A stretch of 25,673 nucleotides of DNA from a virus (taxonomy: Duplodnaviria > Caudoviricetes): the IMG/VR virus record IMGVR_UViG_3300020045_005333, positions 1-25,673 of that record; one strand, given 5' to 3'. Shown piece after piece: positions 7,544-15,158 of this stretch; the stretch's first letter is position 1, and each line of letters starts with the position of its first letter. A program made the translations under genes and the position numbers. The notes beneath the pieces are model-generated. The model did not search any database and was not told the DNA's origin. It saw nothing but the letters and a program-made list of their open reading frames with translations.

Positions 7544-9337
7544 ATGAAAAAATTACTTTTATTTCTTTTTATTGGTTCAATGTGTTTCGGTCAGAATCCA
7601 ACACGGTTTATGTACGGTATTGCTCCGGCAAACATTGTTCCTTATTCTCCAAACGCTGGCGTTGGAATAAACACAACCACACCACAAGCTATTTTAGACG
7701 TTGTTTCAACTTCTTCTGGAATACTTATTCCACGAATGACTACAACGCAAAAGAATGCTATTGTAAGTCCAACTACATCAATGCAATTATTTGACACTAC
7801 GATACAAAAATTTCAATATTGGAATGGAACCAATTGGATTAGTTATTTAAATGATTTTGCAAAAGACATTACTAATCTTGATTTGAACACATTAACCGAT
7901 TTGGGGTTTTATGTTGGAGGTACATTAACAAACGCTCCTGAAAGTGATATTTTAGGCAGTTATTTTATCTTGGTTGAAAAGGATAATTCTAATGATTTTA
8001 TTAAACAAACTGCAACTACACAAGGTTCAAGTAATATTAGAAATAAAACCTTTACAAGAGTTTATAATGGAACTTGGTCTGATTGGAAATTGTTAGTTTC
8101 TCAATCTGATATTGATACTTCAATCGCAACAGCAGACGCTAATTTAGTTCATAAAACAGGTGATGAAACTATTGCGGGGATTAAGACTTTTAATGACAAA
8201 CTATTTGCAAATGCTGGGTTAGAGGTAACAGGACTTACAAGGCATAATAGCACCATTATTAACGCTGGAGCAGATGATTACTATTATGGAAGACAGAATT
8301 TAGTAAATGGGGCTAATATTATAGGTTATTCTGACGGTGGTACAACTGAAAAATTTCGTTTAGATGCTTCAAATGGGACAGCCACATTCACAGGCACAGT
8401 ATCAGGAGCAGATGCAACAGCATCTAATCATTTTGTTACGAAAGGGCAAAGTGATGTGTTTGTGCCTTTGAGTGGTACGGATTCGGGTAGTCCTATTAGT
8501 GGGGATTTGGAGTTACAGAATGAAACTTCTATATTTTCTGGAATTACTGATTTTCAATCAAGTGGAGATGAATTTAATGTAACTGGACTTAGAAGAAACC
8601 AATTTGGAAGAGAGATATTTGTGGGGATAAATTCAGGTGATAATATTTTTGAATCAACCCAATTTGTAGATGTAGATAATTATTCAACTTTAAAAAATTT
8701 AGGGGTTAACTTTTTTGAATCAGGAGTTAATAGAGAATATAAATTTTTAAACGATAATTTTTTAATTTCATCCACAAACTCTAGTTTTAAAGGATTTGTA
8801 GGTGCTCAAGACTACACCCCAAACCTAACACCATTAGCTTACCCACAAAAGATATATGTAGACAACAAAACAGGGTGGGCGGTTTATCAAGATACGGCTT
8901 ATACTATTGGAAGTCCTTTTACTATATTGACAGGTGTAACATCTACTTTACCAAATAATGCGGGCACGGTTATAAATACACAAATACCAACAGGCGTAAC
9001 AAGTTATTACGATAATGCTACAAATAAAATAACACCCGCTAATAACGGAGATTATTATACTACTACAATACGTTTTAAAGCAACTACAACAGCACCAACA
9101 GCCGGTTATTTTGATTTTGGTATTGATATTGGTGGAGCGTTAGGAGTACAGTTTAAGGAAACTAAGATTTTCGCAAAAGGAGCGGGAATAGAGCATAATT
9201 TTTCAGTAGTAGTTCCAATGTATTCAGGAGCAACTTTTATTGCTAACGGTGGACTCGTTAAGATTACATCTGGAAACGGAAATATGAGCGTTTACGATAT
9301 TAATTACCACGTTGATTTGGTACATAAAGCTAAATAA
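7544..9337 (+). CDS. Tail fibre / receptor-binding-like mosaic protein with N-terminal signal peptide (597 aa)
   Basis: MKKLLLFLFIGSMCFG|Q signal-like start; VGINTTTP...GILIPRMTT module; pyocin-knob-like DLNTL..GFY...TWSDWK; LVHKTGDETIAGIKTF fibre repeat; C-terminal beta-sandwich. Confidence 0.7.
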   Translation: MKKLLLFLFIGSMCFGQNPTRFMYGIAPANIVPYSPNAGVGINTTTPQAILDVVSTSSGILIPRMTTTQKNAIVSPTTSMQLFDTTIQKFQYWNGTNWISYLNDFAKDITNLDLNTLTDLGFYVGGTLTNAPESDILGSYFILVEKDNSNDFIKQTATTQGSSNIRNKTFTRVYNGTWSDWKLLVSQSDIDTSIATADANLVHKTGDETIAGIKTFNDKLFANAGLEVTGLTRHNSTIINAGADDYYYGRQNLVNGANIIGYSDGGTTEKFRLDASNGTATFTGTVSGADATASNHFVTKGQSDVFVPLSGTDSGSPISGDLELQNETSIFSGITDFQSSGDEFNVTGLRRNQFGREIFVGINSGDNIFESTQFVDVDNYSTLKNLGVNFFESGVNREYKFLNDNFLISSTNSSFKGFVGAQDYTPNLTPLAYPQKIYVDNKTGWAVYQDTAYTIGSPFTILTGVTSTLPNNAGTVINTQIPTGVTSYYDNATNKITPANNGDYYTTTIRFKATTTAPTAGYFDFGIDIGGALGVQFKETKIFAKGAGIEHNFSVVVPMYSGATFIANGGLVKITSGNGNMSVYDINYHVDLVHKAK

Positions 9338-9340
9338 TTA

Positions 9341-9751
9341 ATGATAACAAATTTTATAACAGCAGGGATATTATCGGATTTGGATAATATTACATTTAAC
9401 GACAGACTTATAGTTGCATTATTGGGGAATACTGTAATAGGCGATGTTTTACCACGTATTTATGTGTTTAGTGCTTCATCAACAGCAACAGCCAACGGGA
9501 CTACAGTATTAAGACCGAGTATGTATGCGCAGACTTCGGGACGTTTATTATTGAAAAATTGGGACGACTCTAATAATTCATCCTTAAATTCAGCTACGGT
9601 TGGACTTACAAAATCACAATTAAACACACAATATCCAAACGCACAACCGAGATTTATGGTATATTGCCCAAGCATTATTTTAGGTGGTGCAATTTATGTA
9701 AAATCAACAGGTAATAACTGGCAAACGATAAGTGCGCCACCAACATTGTAA
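9341..9751 (+). CDS. Small tailspike-related protein (136 aa)
   Basis: LLG....GD....Y.F.ASSTATANGTTVLRP.....GR resembles the N-terminal domain motif of tailspikes; follows the fibre gene. Confidence 0.5.
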   Translation: MITNFITAGILSDLDNITFNDRLIVALLGNTVIGDVLPRIYVFSASSTATANGTTVLRPSMYAQTSGRLLLKNWDDSNNSSLNSATVGLTKSQLNTQYPNAQPRFMVYCPSIILGGAIYVKSTGNNWQTISAPPTL

Positions 9752-9754
9752 ATT

Positions 9755-10111
9755 ATGGAAATAGCATTTAACATTTTTATCGGATTAATAAGCGTATTTA
9801 TACATATGCTTATGAAAGCAAATTCACTTCAAAAAGATGCACAATCTTTAAAAATTCAATGGAGTTTTAAAGATTATTTAAGTAAGGATTATTTAGCGAT
9901 TGCTATTTCGGCAAGTATAGTTTTTCTATACGCTATGATTTATCCTGAAATAATGACTACTTCTTTTATGGCGAAATACACAGGATTTGTAAAGATTAGT
10001 TTTATGGTAGTTGGGTTTATTGGCTCAATTATATTAAACGCCTTTTTAAATAAATCAAAAGCGTATCTACGTAACGAAATGAGCGCACAATCAACAGAAT
10101 TAAACAAATAG
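9755..10111 (+). CDS. 3-TM membrane protein, holin candidate (118 aa)
   Basis: Three hydrophobic helices and a charged C-tail; start of the lysis cassette. Confidence 0.55.
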   Translation: MEIAFNIFIGLISVFIHMLMKANSLQKDAQSLKIQWSFKDYLSKDYLAIAISASIVFLYAMIYPEIMTTSFMAKYTGFVKISFMVVGFIGSIILNAFLNKSKAYLRNEMSAQSTELNK

Positions 10112-10116
10112 AAACA

Positions 10117-10263
10117 ATGACAGAATTACAAGAAGAAAGAATTGCGGAGTGCCAGGCTATGATCCTGCAGGTAGGATTAGTTTTTACTGAGGTATCAGAA
10201 GCAGACGAGGAAGGCAGACCTATTGGGGGCACTAATGTACCAATTGGAAAAGATGAAAAGTAA
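10117..10263 (+). CDS. Small acidic peptide, 48 aa (not in ORF track): MTELQEERIAECQAMILQVGLVFTEVSEADEEGRPIGGTNVPIGKDEK
   Basis: ATG 5 nt after the previous stop with A-rich context; fills the gap; its stop overlaps the next gene's ATG at 10253. Confidence 0.7.
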   Translation: MTELQEERIAECQAMILQVGLVFTEVSEADEEGRPIGGTNVPIGKDEK

Positions 10264-10603
10264 GCACTGGTTTCTACTTTTTTTAATTCCTTTATCTGAA
10301 ATAAAGGCTATATTCTACAATAGTAATTTAAAGGTAGATTGGTACTTGTTTTCGGATAACAAAAGATATTTATGCAACGTGCTTGAGGATTATTGTAATG
10401 TAATTATATTTGGTACAATAATGTTTTATTTAACTTTTGTAAGAATAGATATAAAAAGTAAGAATATTTGTTTATTTTTGTTTGTGTTAAACATCTTTGA
10501 TTTTATACATTTATCTTTGATGGATATGCAATATTTCATATTAATTAAATTATTTTTATCATATCTTATATGCACACAATTAAAGAGATTTTCACTTGGT
10601 TAG
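10253..10603 (+). CDS. 3-4 TM membrane protein (116 aa; start revised to ATG 10253)
   Basis: Hydrophobic segments HWFLLFLIPL, VIIFGTIMFYLTFV, ICLFLFVLNIFDFIHL, YFILIKLFLSYLIC; very AT-rich. Confidence 0.65.
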   Translation: MKSKHWFLLFLIPLSEIKAIFYNSNLKVDWYLFSDNKRYLCNVLEDYCNVIIFGTIMFYLTFVRIDIKSKNICLFLFVLNIFDFIHLSLMDMQYFILIKLFLSYLICTQLKRFSLG

Positions 10604-10914
10604 ACTGTATAATGTACCCAATGTGGGGAATATCATTGATAGATACTACAGGTTATTTGATTTCAGGGACTATATTATCTAATACAAACAGCATAATAAC
10701 TTTGCTTTTTTCTATAACCGGACTTGTTTATTTTATTATAAGAATTATATTCTACTACAAAAAACAAGCTATAATTTTGTTAGTGGATCGTGAGAATTTA
10801 CGAAAATTAGAATCTGAAAATAACAGACAGGACAATATTAATTTTATATTCAGAAATGATATTGAGGGTTTGTCAAAAGAAGAATATGAGGAATCTAAAA
10901 AAAGATTGAAATGA
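10570..10914 (+). CDS. 1-2 TM membrane protein with charged C-terminal tail, holin candidate (114 aa)
   Basis: TM SIITLLFSITGLVYFIIRIIFYY; ATGA overlap with the endolysin gene. Confidence 0.55.
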   Translation: MHTIKEIFTWLDCIMYPMWGISLIDTTGYLISGTILSNTNSIITLLFSITGLVYFIIRIIFYYKKQAIILLVDRENLRKLESENNRQDNINFIFRNDIEGLSKEEYEESKKRLK

Positions 10915-11489
10915 CTCTACAAATAAAATATAAATCACTATTTGAAAAATACGGACTTACTACAAAGTTACGTATTTCTCATTTTATGGCTCAAATACAT
11001 CACGAAAGTGGATTGAAACCTATTAGTGAAAATCTTAATTATTCCTATGATAGATTACTGGTAATATTCAAGAGTGATTTTGATACCGATAAAAACAAGG
11101 CACTATCTAATACAGAAAAAGCATTTGCAGAAACCATTGCAAAAAAACCAATACTGATTGGAAATTTCGTTTATGCAAATCAAAACGGAAACGGATCTAT
11201 TTCAAGTGGTGATGGTTACAAATATAGAGGACGTGGATTTATTCAAATTACAGGGCGTTCAAATTATGCGGAACTTTCAAAAGATACAGGAATAGATTTT
11301 ATAAATAATCCTGACTTATTATTGATTGAGGCAAACGCTTTAATTTCCGCTTTATGGTTCTGGAATAAAAAAGGACTGAATGCGTATGCAGATAAAAACG
11401 CTATTGTTACCATTACAAAACGAATTAACGGTGGAACTAATGGAATTGATGACAGAAAACGTTTATTTGAACAGTACTTTAAAAAATAA
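10911..11489 (+). CDS. Endolysin, glycoside hydrolase family 19
   Basis: HFMAQIHHESG, ENLNYS, DGYKYRGRGFIQITGRSNY, SALWFW, ITKRINGGTNGIDDR; no signal or SAR sequence. Confidence 0.93.
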   Translation: MTLQIKYKSLFEKYGLTTKLRISHFMAQIHHESGLKPISENLNYSYDRLLVIFKSDFDTDKNKALSNTEKAFAETIAKKPILIGNFVYANQNGNGSISSGDGYKYRGRGFIQITGRSNYAELSKDTGIDFINNPDLLLIEANALISALWFWNKKGLNAYADKNAIVTITKRINGGTNGIDDRKRLFEQYFKK

Positions 11490-11493
11490 TTAG

Positions 11494-11501
11494 TATATTT
11501 G
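11494..11501 (+). promoter_or_regulatory. Bacteroidota -7 element (TATATTTG) driving the 88-aa gene
   Basis: Exact TAnnTTTG 4 nt after the endolysin stop. Confidence 0.65.
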
Positions 11502-11503
11502 TA

Positions 11504-11564
11504 ATTCGCTACAACTAACTTTTAATGCCTGACATTTGTAGCGAGTGTTGGGCATCATTTTTTT
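11504..11564 (+). promoter_or_regulatory. Structured leader: 5' anti-loop segment plus terminator-like hairpin
   Basis: ATGCCTGACAT(11525-35)/GTGTTGGGCAT(11545-55) stem then CA-T7; ATTCGCTACAA(11504-14) pairs over 11 bp with TTGTAGCGAGT(11536-46). Confidence 0.7.
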
Positions 11565-11567
11565 ATT

Positions 11568-11834
11568 ATGAAAAACGTTCCTTACAAAAAAGTATTTGAA
11601 AACGGTATTTTACAAAACCCAATCACAAAAGAAAATCCTTATTTGGTTTCTGAAAAAACAAGAGGTGGTAAAAAATTAAGAAAATCCAATAATAGCAAAA
11701 GCTACGGATTAATAGTTGAAAAAATAGGAGTTCTTAGTTTTGCTAAAAGGATTGTAAAATATCAATTAGTTAAATCTGATAAAACAAGAAATGGCATAAG
11801 AAAAACAAATGAATTAATTGTTCATCACGCATAA
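11568..11834 (+). CDS. Basic hypothetical protein (88 aa), moron-like unit
   Basis: K/R-rich ORF with its own promoter, leader and terminator. Confidence 0.7.
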   Translation: MKNVPYKKVFENGILQNPITKENPYLVSEKTRGGKKLRKSNNSKSYGLIVEKIGVLSFAKRIVKYQLVKSDKTRNGIRKTNELIVHHA

Positions 11835-11843
11835 GCCTATTTT

Positions 11844-11871
11844 AAACCACTTCAAACGAGGTGGTTTTTTT
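11844..11871 (+). terminator. Intrinsic terminator after the 88-aa gene
   Basis: AAACCACTTC-AAAC-GAGGTGGTTT with a T7 tract. Confidence 0.85.
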
Positions 11872-11915
11872 ATATCGTATTTTTACCTATCTTTACAATT
11901 GAAAAACAATTCATT

Positions 11916-12464
11916 ATGAAAAAACTACTCTTACTAATCGCAATAATTACAATAGGTTGTGGAAGTCGCAAAAGTCAAGTTTCAAAAATTGAGGAAAAGA
12001 AATCGGAAACTACGGAGGTTAAAACAAAAGAAGTAGAAACTGCGGAAACCAAAACTTATACCAATACTAAAGTTTATATTAAGACTGAAACCAATGAAAA
12101 GACTGGAGTAGTTACAAAAACTAAAACTATCAAGCCAGTTGATCCAAAACAGGAATCAGAATACAAAGGTCAAAAGTTTAAAAACGCTGAAATCCATGAA
12201 ACGGAAACAACAAATATAAGCGATAAAAAAACTACAACTAACGACAATACTGTAATCAACAAAAAAGAAGCGGAAAACAAGCGTAAAGAAGCTGAAACGG
12301 AATTAAAAAAGAAAGAGGAATCGGAGCGTTTGGAAAAATTAAAAAATACAGAACGGAAATTTAGCCTTTTAGACTTACTCTGGCTGTTATTGCTTATTCC
12401 GATATTTTTAGGATGCCGATATTTATATTTACAAGCAAAAAAGAAAAAAGAATTATTAACTTAA
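11916..12464 (+). CDS. Unimolecular spanin (u-spanin) candidate (182 aa)
   Basis: Lipoprotein signal MKKLLLLIAIITIG-C15, T/E/K-rich periplasmic linker, C-terminal TM LLWLLLLIPIFLGC then KKKK; same topology as T1 gp11; lysis cassette context. Confidence 0.75.
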   Translation: MKKLLLLIAIITIGCGSRKSQVSKIEEKKSETTEVKTKEVETAETKTYTNTKVYIKTETNEKTGVVTKTKTIKPVDPKQESEYKGQKFKNAEIHETETTNISDKKTTTNDNTVINKKEAENKRKEAETELKKKEESERLEKLKNTERKFSLLDLLWLLLLIPIFLGCRYLYLQAKKKKELLT

Positions 12465-12475
12465 AACATAAAATT

Positions 12476-12520
12476 ATGAAAAACGGAAGTTCTTGGTATG
12501 GAGATACCGTAATTGGATAA
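12476..12520 (+). CDS. Possible 14-aa micro-ORF MKNGSSWYGDTVIG
   Basis: AAAATT-ATG context like real genes here; fills the gap between spanin stop and terminator. Confidence 0.3.
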   Translation: MKNGSSWYGDTVIG

Positions 12521-12524
12521 AGTT

Positions 12525-12555
12525 AAAAAGCCACATTGTAATTATGTGGCTTTTT
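12525..12555. terminator. Bidirectional terminator between convergent late and early arms
   Basis: AAAAAGCCACAT-TGTAATT-ATGTGGCTTTTT perfect 12-bp inverted repeat with A5/T5 flanks. Confidence 0.9.
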
Positions 12556-12558
12556 GGT

Positions 12559-13182
12559 TTAGAAGAGTTTCTGCTGTGAAATATGATTTTTAACTCTTTT
12601 AACACCAGCTTCAAAATAATCTTTATCCAATTCGCAACAAGTTATGTCGAAGCCGTAATCATGACAAGCTATAACTGAACTCATACTTCCACCATGTGTA
12701 TCGAGTATTTTATCATTTGGTTTGGCGTATTTGTCTAAAATCCATTTATAAAGTTTAACTGGTTTTTGTGTTGGGTGTATTCTTGGATCTTCTTTTGAGC
12801 CTTGAGGTATACATTCAAATATTTTTGAAGTTGTAGACAAACCTTTGCTTAGCGATGCTATTTCTGCCATACTCATTGTAAAATCTTCCGATATAGTGAG
12901 TTTTTTCCAAACAATGAATCCCATAAATTGTGGTAATTCAAAATTATTAGCTCCCCAAATTATTTGTTCTTTAGAAACTCGATTTAATTCTTTAAAGTAT
13001 TCTTTTAGTGGTCTGCCATTTAATGATTTCATTGAACCATTTTTTCGCATATCTTTTGTTGGTTGGTTTTCATCTCTATAAGGCGGATCAACAATCGCTA
13101 AATCGAAATAATTATCCGGATAACGTTTCATCAGTTCCATATTATCCTCTTGAGTAATTGTTATTTTGTCTGTTATTTTCAT
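12559..13182 (-). CDS. DNA amino-methyltransferase (N6-A/N4-C, beta class)
   Basis: DLAIVDPPY catalytic motif N-terminal, IIWGANNF, HPTQKPVKLY, ILDTHGGSMS SAM-binding motif C-terminal; start revised to ATG 13182. Confidence 0.92.
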   Translation of the reverse strand: MKITDKITITQEDNMELMKRYPDNYFDLAIVDPPYRDENQPTKDMRKNGSMKSLNGRPLKEYFKELNRVSKEQIIWGANNFELPQFMGFIVWKKLTISEDFTMSMAEIASLSKGLSTTSKIFECIPQGSKEDPRIHPTQKPVKLYKWILDKYAKPNDKILDTHGGSMSSVIACHDYGFDITCCELDKDYFEAGVKRVKNHISQQKLF

Positions 13183-13188
13183 GTACAA

Positions 13189-13599
13189 TTATATTTTAAA
13201 TTTCTCTGCAATTTTATCGTTTATTTGTAATTCACAAGTAATTAAATCCTCAATATTTTTATGTGTCCATAAATAATAATCTGCATCGGGTAATGATACA
13301 TTTTTGAAAACTACATTCTCTAATGCTGTTTGGTATTCTTCTCTCAAAATAAATTCTTGTTTCATTCCTTCTTTGTCGGTTTCGTAATAACCTTTAAGAC
13401 TTTCTGGTGTTTCCAAAACCTCCCAAACTCCATCACGAAATACAGCAGGGACGAAATGCGATAGGTTTAAGGGTTGGGTTATGAAGCAGGTGTAATCCAT
13501 TATCAATTTTAAAATATCCATTCCAGATAATTTATAATCGCAATTTTTTAAATTAGTATGGTAATTCACATACTCCGATAATTTTGGTAGTTTTTTCAT
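13189..13599 (-). CDS. Hypothetical protein (136 aa)
   Basis: Tightly packed ORF in the early array. Confidence 0.7.
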   Translation of the reverse strand: MKKLPKLSEYVNYHTNLKNCDYKLSGMDILKLIMDYTCFITQPLNLSHFVPAVFRDGVWEVLETPESLKGYYETDKEGMKQEFILREEYQTALENVVFKNVSLPDADYYLWTHKNIEDLITCELQINDKIAEKFKI

Positions 13600-13820
13600 T
13601 TGGTTAGAATTTTAATTGGTTTAACGGAACGTCCATCTTTCATTTTTAAATTTGCATTAGCTAGAAACGACCGTAATTCAGATGAATTTTTAAATTCAAT
13701 TATTTTTTCTTGCTCCCAAAATTCTTTTAATTGTCCTGAACCATCACTAAATAATTCTAATCCAATTGAAGTGTTATTTCTTCTTTCAAATTCTTGCATT
13801 AATTCTAATAAATAATTCAT
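13596..13820 (-). CDS. Hypothetical protein (74 aa)
   Basis: ATGA overlap with the downstream gene. Confidence 0.65.
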   Translation of the reverse strand: MNYLLELMQEFERRNNTSIGLELFSDGSGQLKEFWEQEKIIEFKNSSELRSFLANANLKMKDGRSVKPIKILTK

Positions 13821-13854
13821 CCTCTCTATTTTTTATCCTGATTTTCAGGGTTGG

Positions 13855-14109
13855 TTAATTGTTTGCTCTAAAATTCATTCCTAAATCGTGAAATGTTTGA
13901 TAATCATTATTGTCAGGAGTGGTATTTTCCATATACCATTTTATAATTTCTTCCGCCTCTTTCAGTTTACAAATCAAATCGGGTTGGGATTCCTGACACA
14001 TTTTATAACCTTCCTGAAATCCGTCTCTTTGACCTCCAAAACTATGCGGGTCTGAACCATATCTTTTATAGGCTAATTCTTTTATTTCTTCTTCTGTTCT
14101 TGCTTCCAT
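13855..14109 (-). CDS. Hypothetical protein (84 aa)
   Basis: EEIKELA...RDGFQEGY motif common in small phage proteins. Confidence 0.7.
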   Translation of the reverse strand: MEARTEEEIKELAYKRYGSDPHSFGGQRDGFQEGYKMCQESQPDLICKLKEAEEIIKWYMENTTPDNNDYQTFHDLGMNFRANN

Positions 14110-14112
14110 TAT

Positions 14113-14499
14113 TTAGTATATTGGTTTTAATAATTTTTCAATTAATTTGTAATGAGTGATTTGATTTTTACTATATAAAGTTTCAATTTTTGAAGCTCCA
14201 ATATTTCTAATAAATACATCACACTCGATACAACATCCGTCATATTCTCCTAATTCGTCTTTCGGCAAATCCGCTTCACTTTCAATTTTAATCCAACCGT
14301 TGTTGTTTTCGATTCCTTTAAGTGATTTAGGGAGGTATAAATGACTTGAGTAACCGTTTTTATAATCTAAAGGAAAAGCATCTTTAAGTTCTCCTTTAGA
14401 CATGAATTGAGGTCTAAGCCTTGACCATCCGTTTTCGTTTGGACTGCATTTTTTAAAATACTTTCCATAAGCTTCCTGTATTACTTCTTGCTTTGTCAT
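14113..14499 (-). CDS. Hypothetical protein (128 aa), DUF551-like C-terminal part
   Basis: GIENNNGWIKIESEADLP...ITHY motif. Confidence 0.7.
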   Translation of the reverse strand: MTKQEVIQEAYGKYFKKCSPNENGWSRLRPQFMSKGELKDAFPLDYKNGYSSHLYLPKSLKGIENNNGWIKIESEADLPKDELGEYDGCCIECDVFIRNIGASKIETLYSKNQITHYKLIEKLLKPIY

Positions 14500-14651
14500 T
14501 ATTTAGTTGATTTATTGATTAGTGATTTTGCTTGTATATAATTTGCATACGGAACCATAGTCTTTCCAATTACATTTTGCTCTTCTATGGTAAAAAATTC
14601 AAAGTTTGTTTTTAACAAATATTCTTTTGCGTTTTCTAAAGTGTTTTTCAT
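14499..14651 (-). CDS. Hypothetical 50-aa protein (MKNTLENAKEYLL...), not in ORF track
   Basis: Fills the gap exactly; TAATG overlap with the next gene. Confidence 0.6.
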   Translation of the reverse strand: MKNTLENAKEYLLKTNFEFFTIEEQNVIGKTMVPYANYIQAKSLINKSTK

Positions 14652-14653
14652 TT

Positions 14654-14938
14654 TTACTTTATTTTAGTCCATTCAACTTTATCTCCAACTATATTTACAA
14701 AATCCGCCTTATGGACTTTACATAGAGCATTTTCATAAATTCTGATTTTATTTTCTAACTCTTTGATTTTACTATCTAAAGGATTAGAGTCAACCCCACT
14801 AGGTTTATGACTTTCAAAACCTGTATATTCATATTCCATTTCAGAAATATTCATAATGTTTTCCACTTCTCTTTCTGTTAAAATCTGATTAGGGAGAACT
14901 TCTCCTAAACATTGCACCCAATATTCTTTATTTTTCAT
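14654..14938 (-). CDS. Hypothetical protein (94 aa)
   Basis: Packed ORF with a short coiled coil. Confidence 0.7.
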   Translation of the reverse strand: MKNKEYWVQCLGEVLPNQILTEREVENIMNISEMEYEYTGFESHKPSGVDSNPLDSKIKELENKIRIYENALCKVHKADFVNIVGDKVEWTKIK

Positions 14939-15124
14939 AACATTTTTGTTTTTCGTAATTACTTTTAATCATATCTTCAACGATTTCGTCGAATGTTTTG
15001 TTTTTATCTGCCCATGCAATATATCCGCATTTAGTACATCTATTTTCTTCTTTGCCATAAGGCACAAAATCACATTTGGTTTCCTTTGCTATAATTATAT
15101 ATTAGTAAGGTCTGAATTTTTCAT
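14928..15124 (-). pseudogene. Frameshifted small Cys-containing gene
   Basis: ATG 15124 reads MKNSDLTNI-stop. Removing one AT unit near 15096-15101 gives a 64-aa ORF (...KETKCDFVPYGKEENRCTKCGYIAW...) that overlaps the next start. Confidence 0.5.
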
Positions 15125-15158
15125 TTGTTTAATATTTAAAATTATTTGTCATTTTTTA

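Noticed and set aside
7544-7594. Cys14 of the fibre as a lipoprotein site
   Set aside because: GSM-C is a poor lipobox; CFG|Q fits signal peptidase I better.
2637-9675. Antisense or off-frame ORFs 2637-3314, 4036-4293, 5858-6130, 5959-6186, 7582-7794, 9460-9675
   Set aside because: Fully overlap well-supported structural genes; composition mirrors the sense codons.
10029-10232. Minus-strand 67-aa ORF in the lysis cassette
   Set aside because: Antisense to the better supported + strand 48-aa ORF.
10405-10412. TATATTTG inside the 4-TM gene (also TATCTTTG at 5507 in the portal)
   Set aside because: Intragenic matches in AT-rich DNA are expected by chance; no supporting context.
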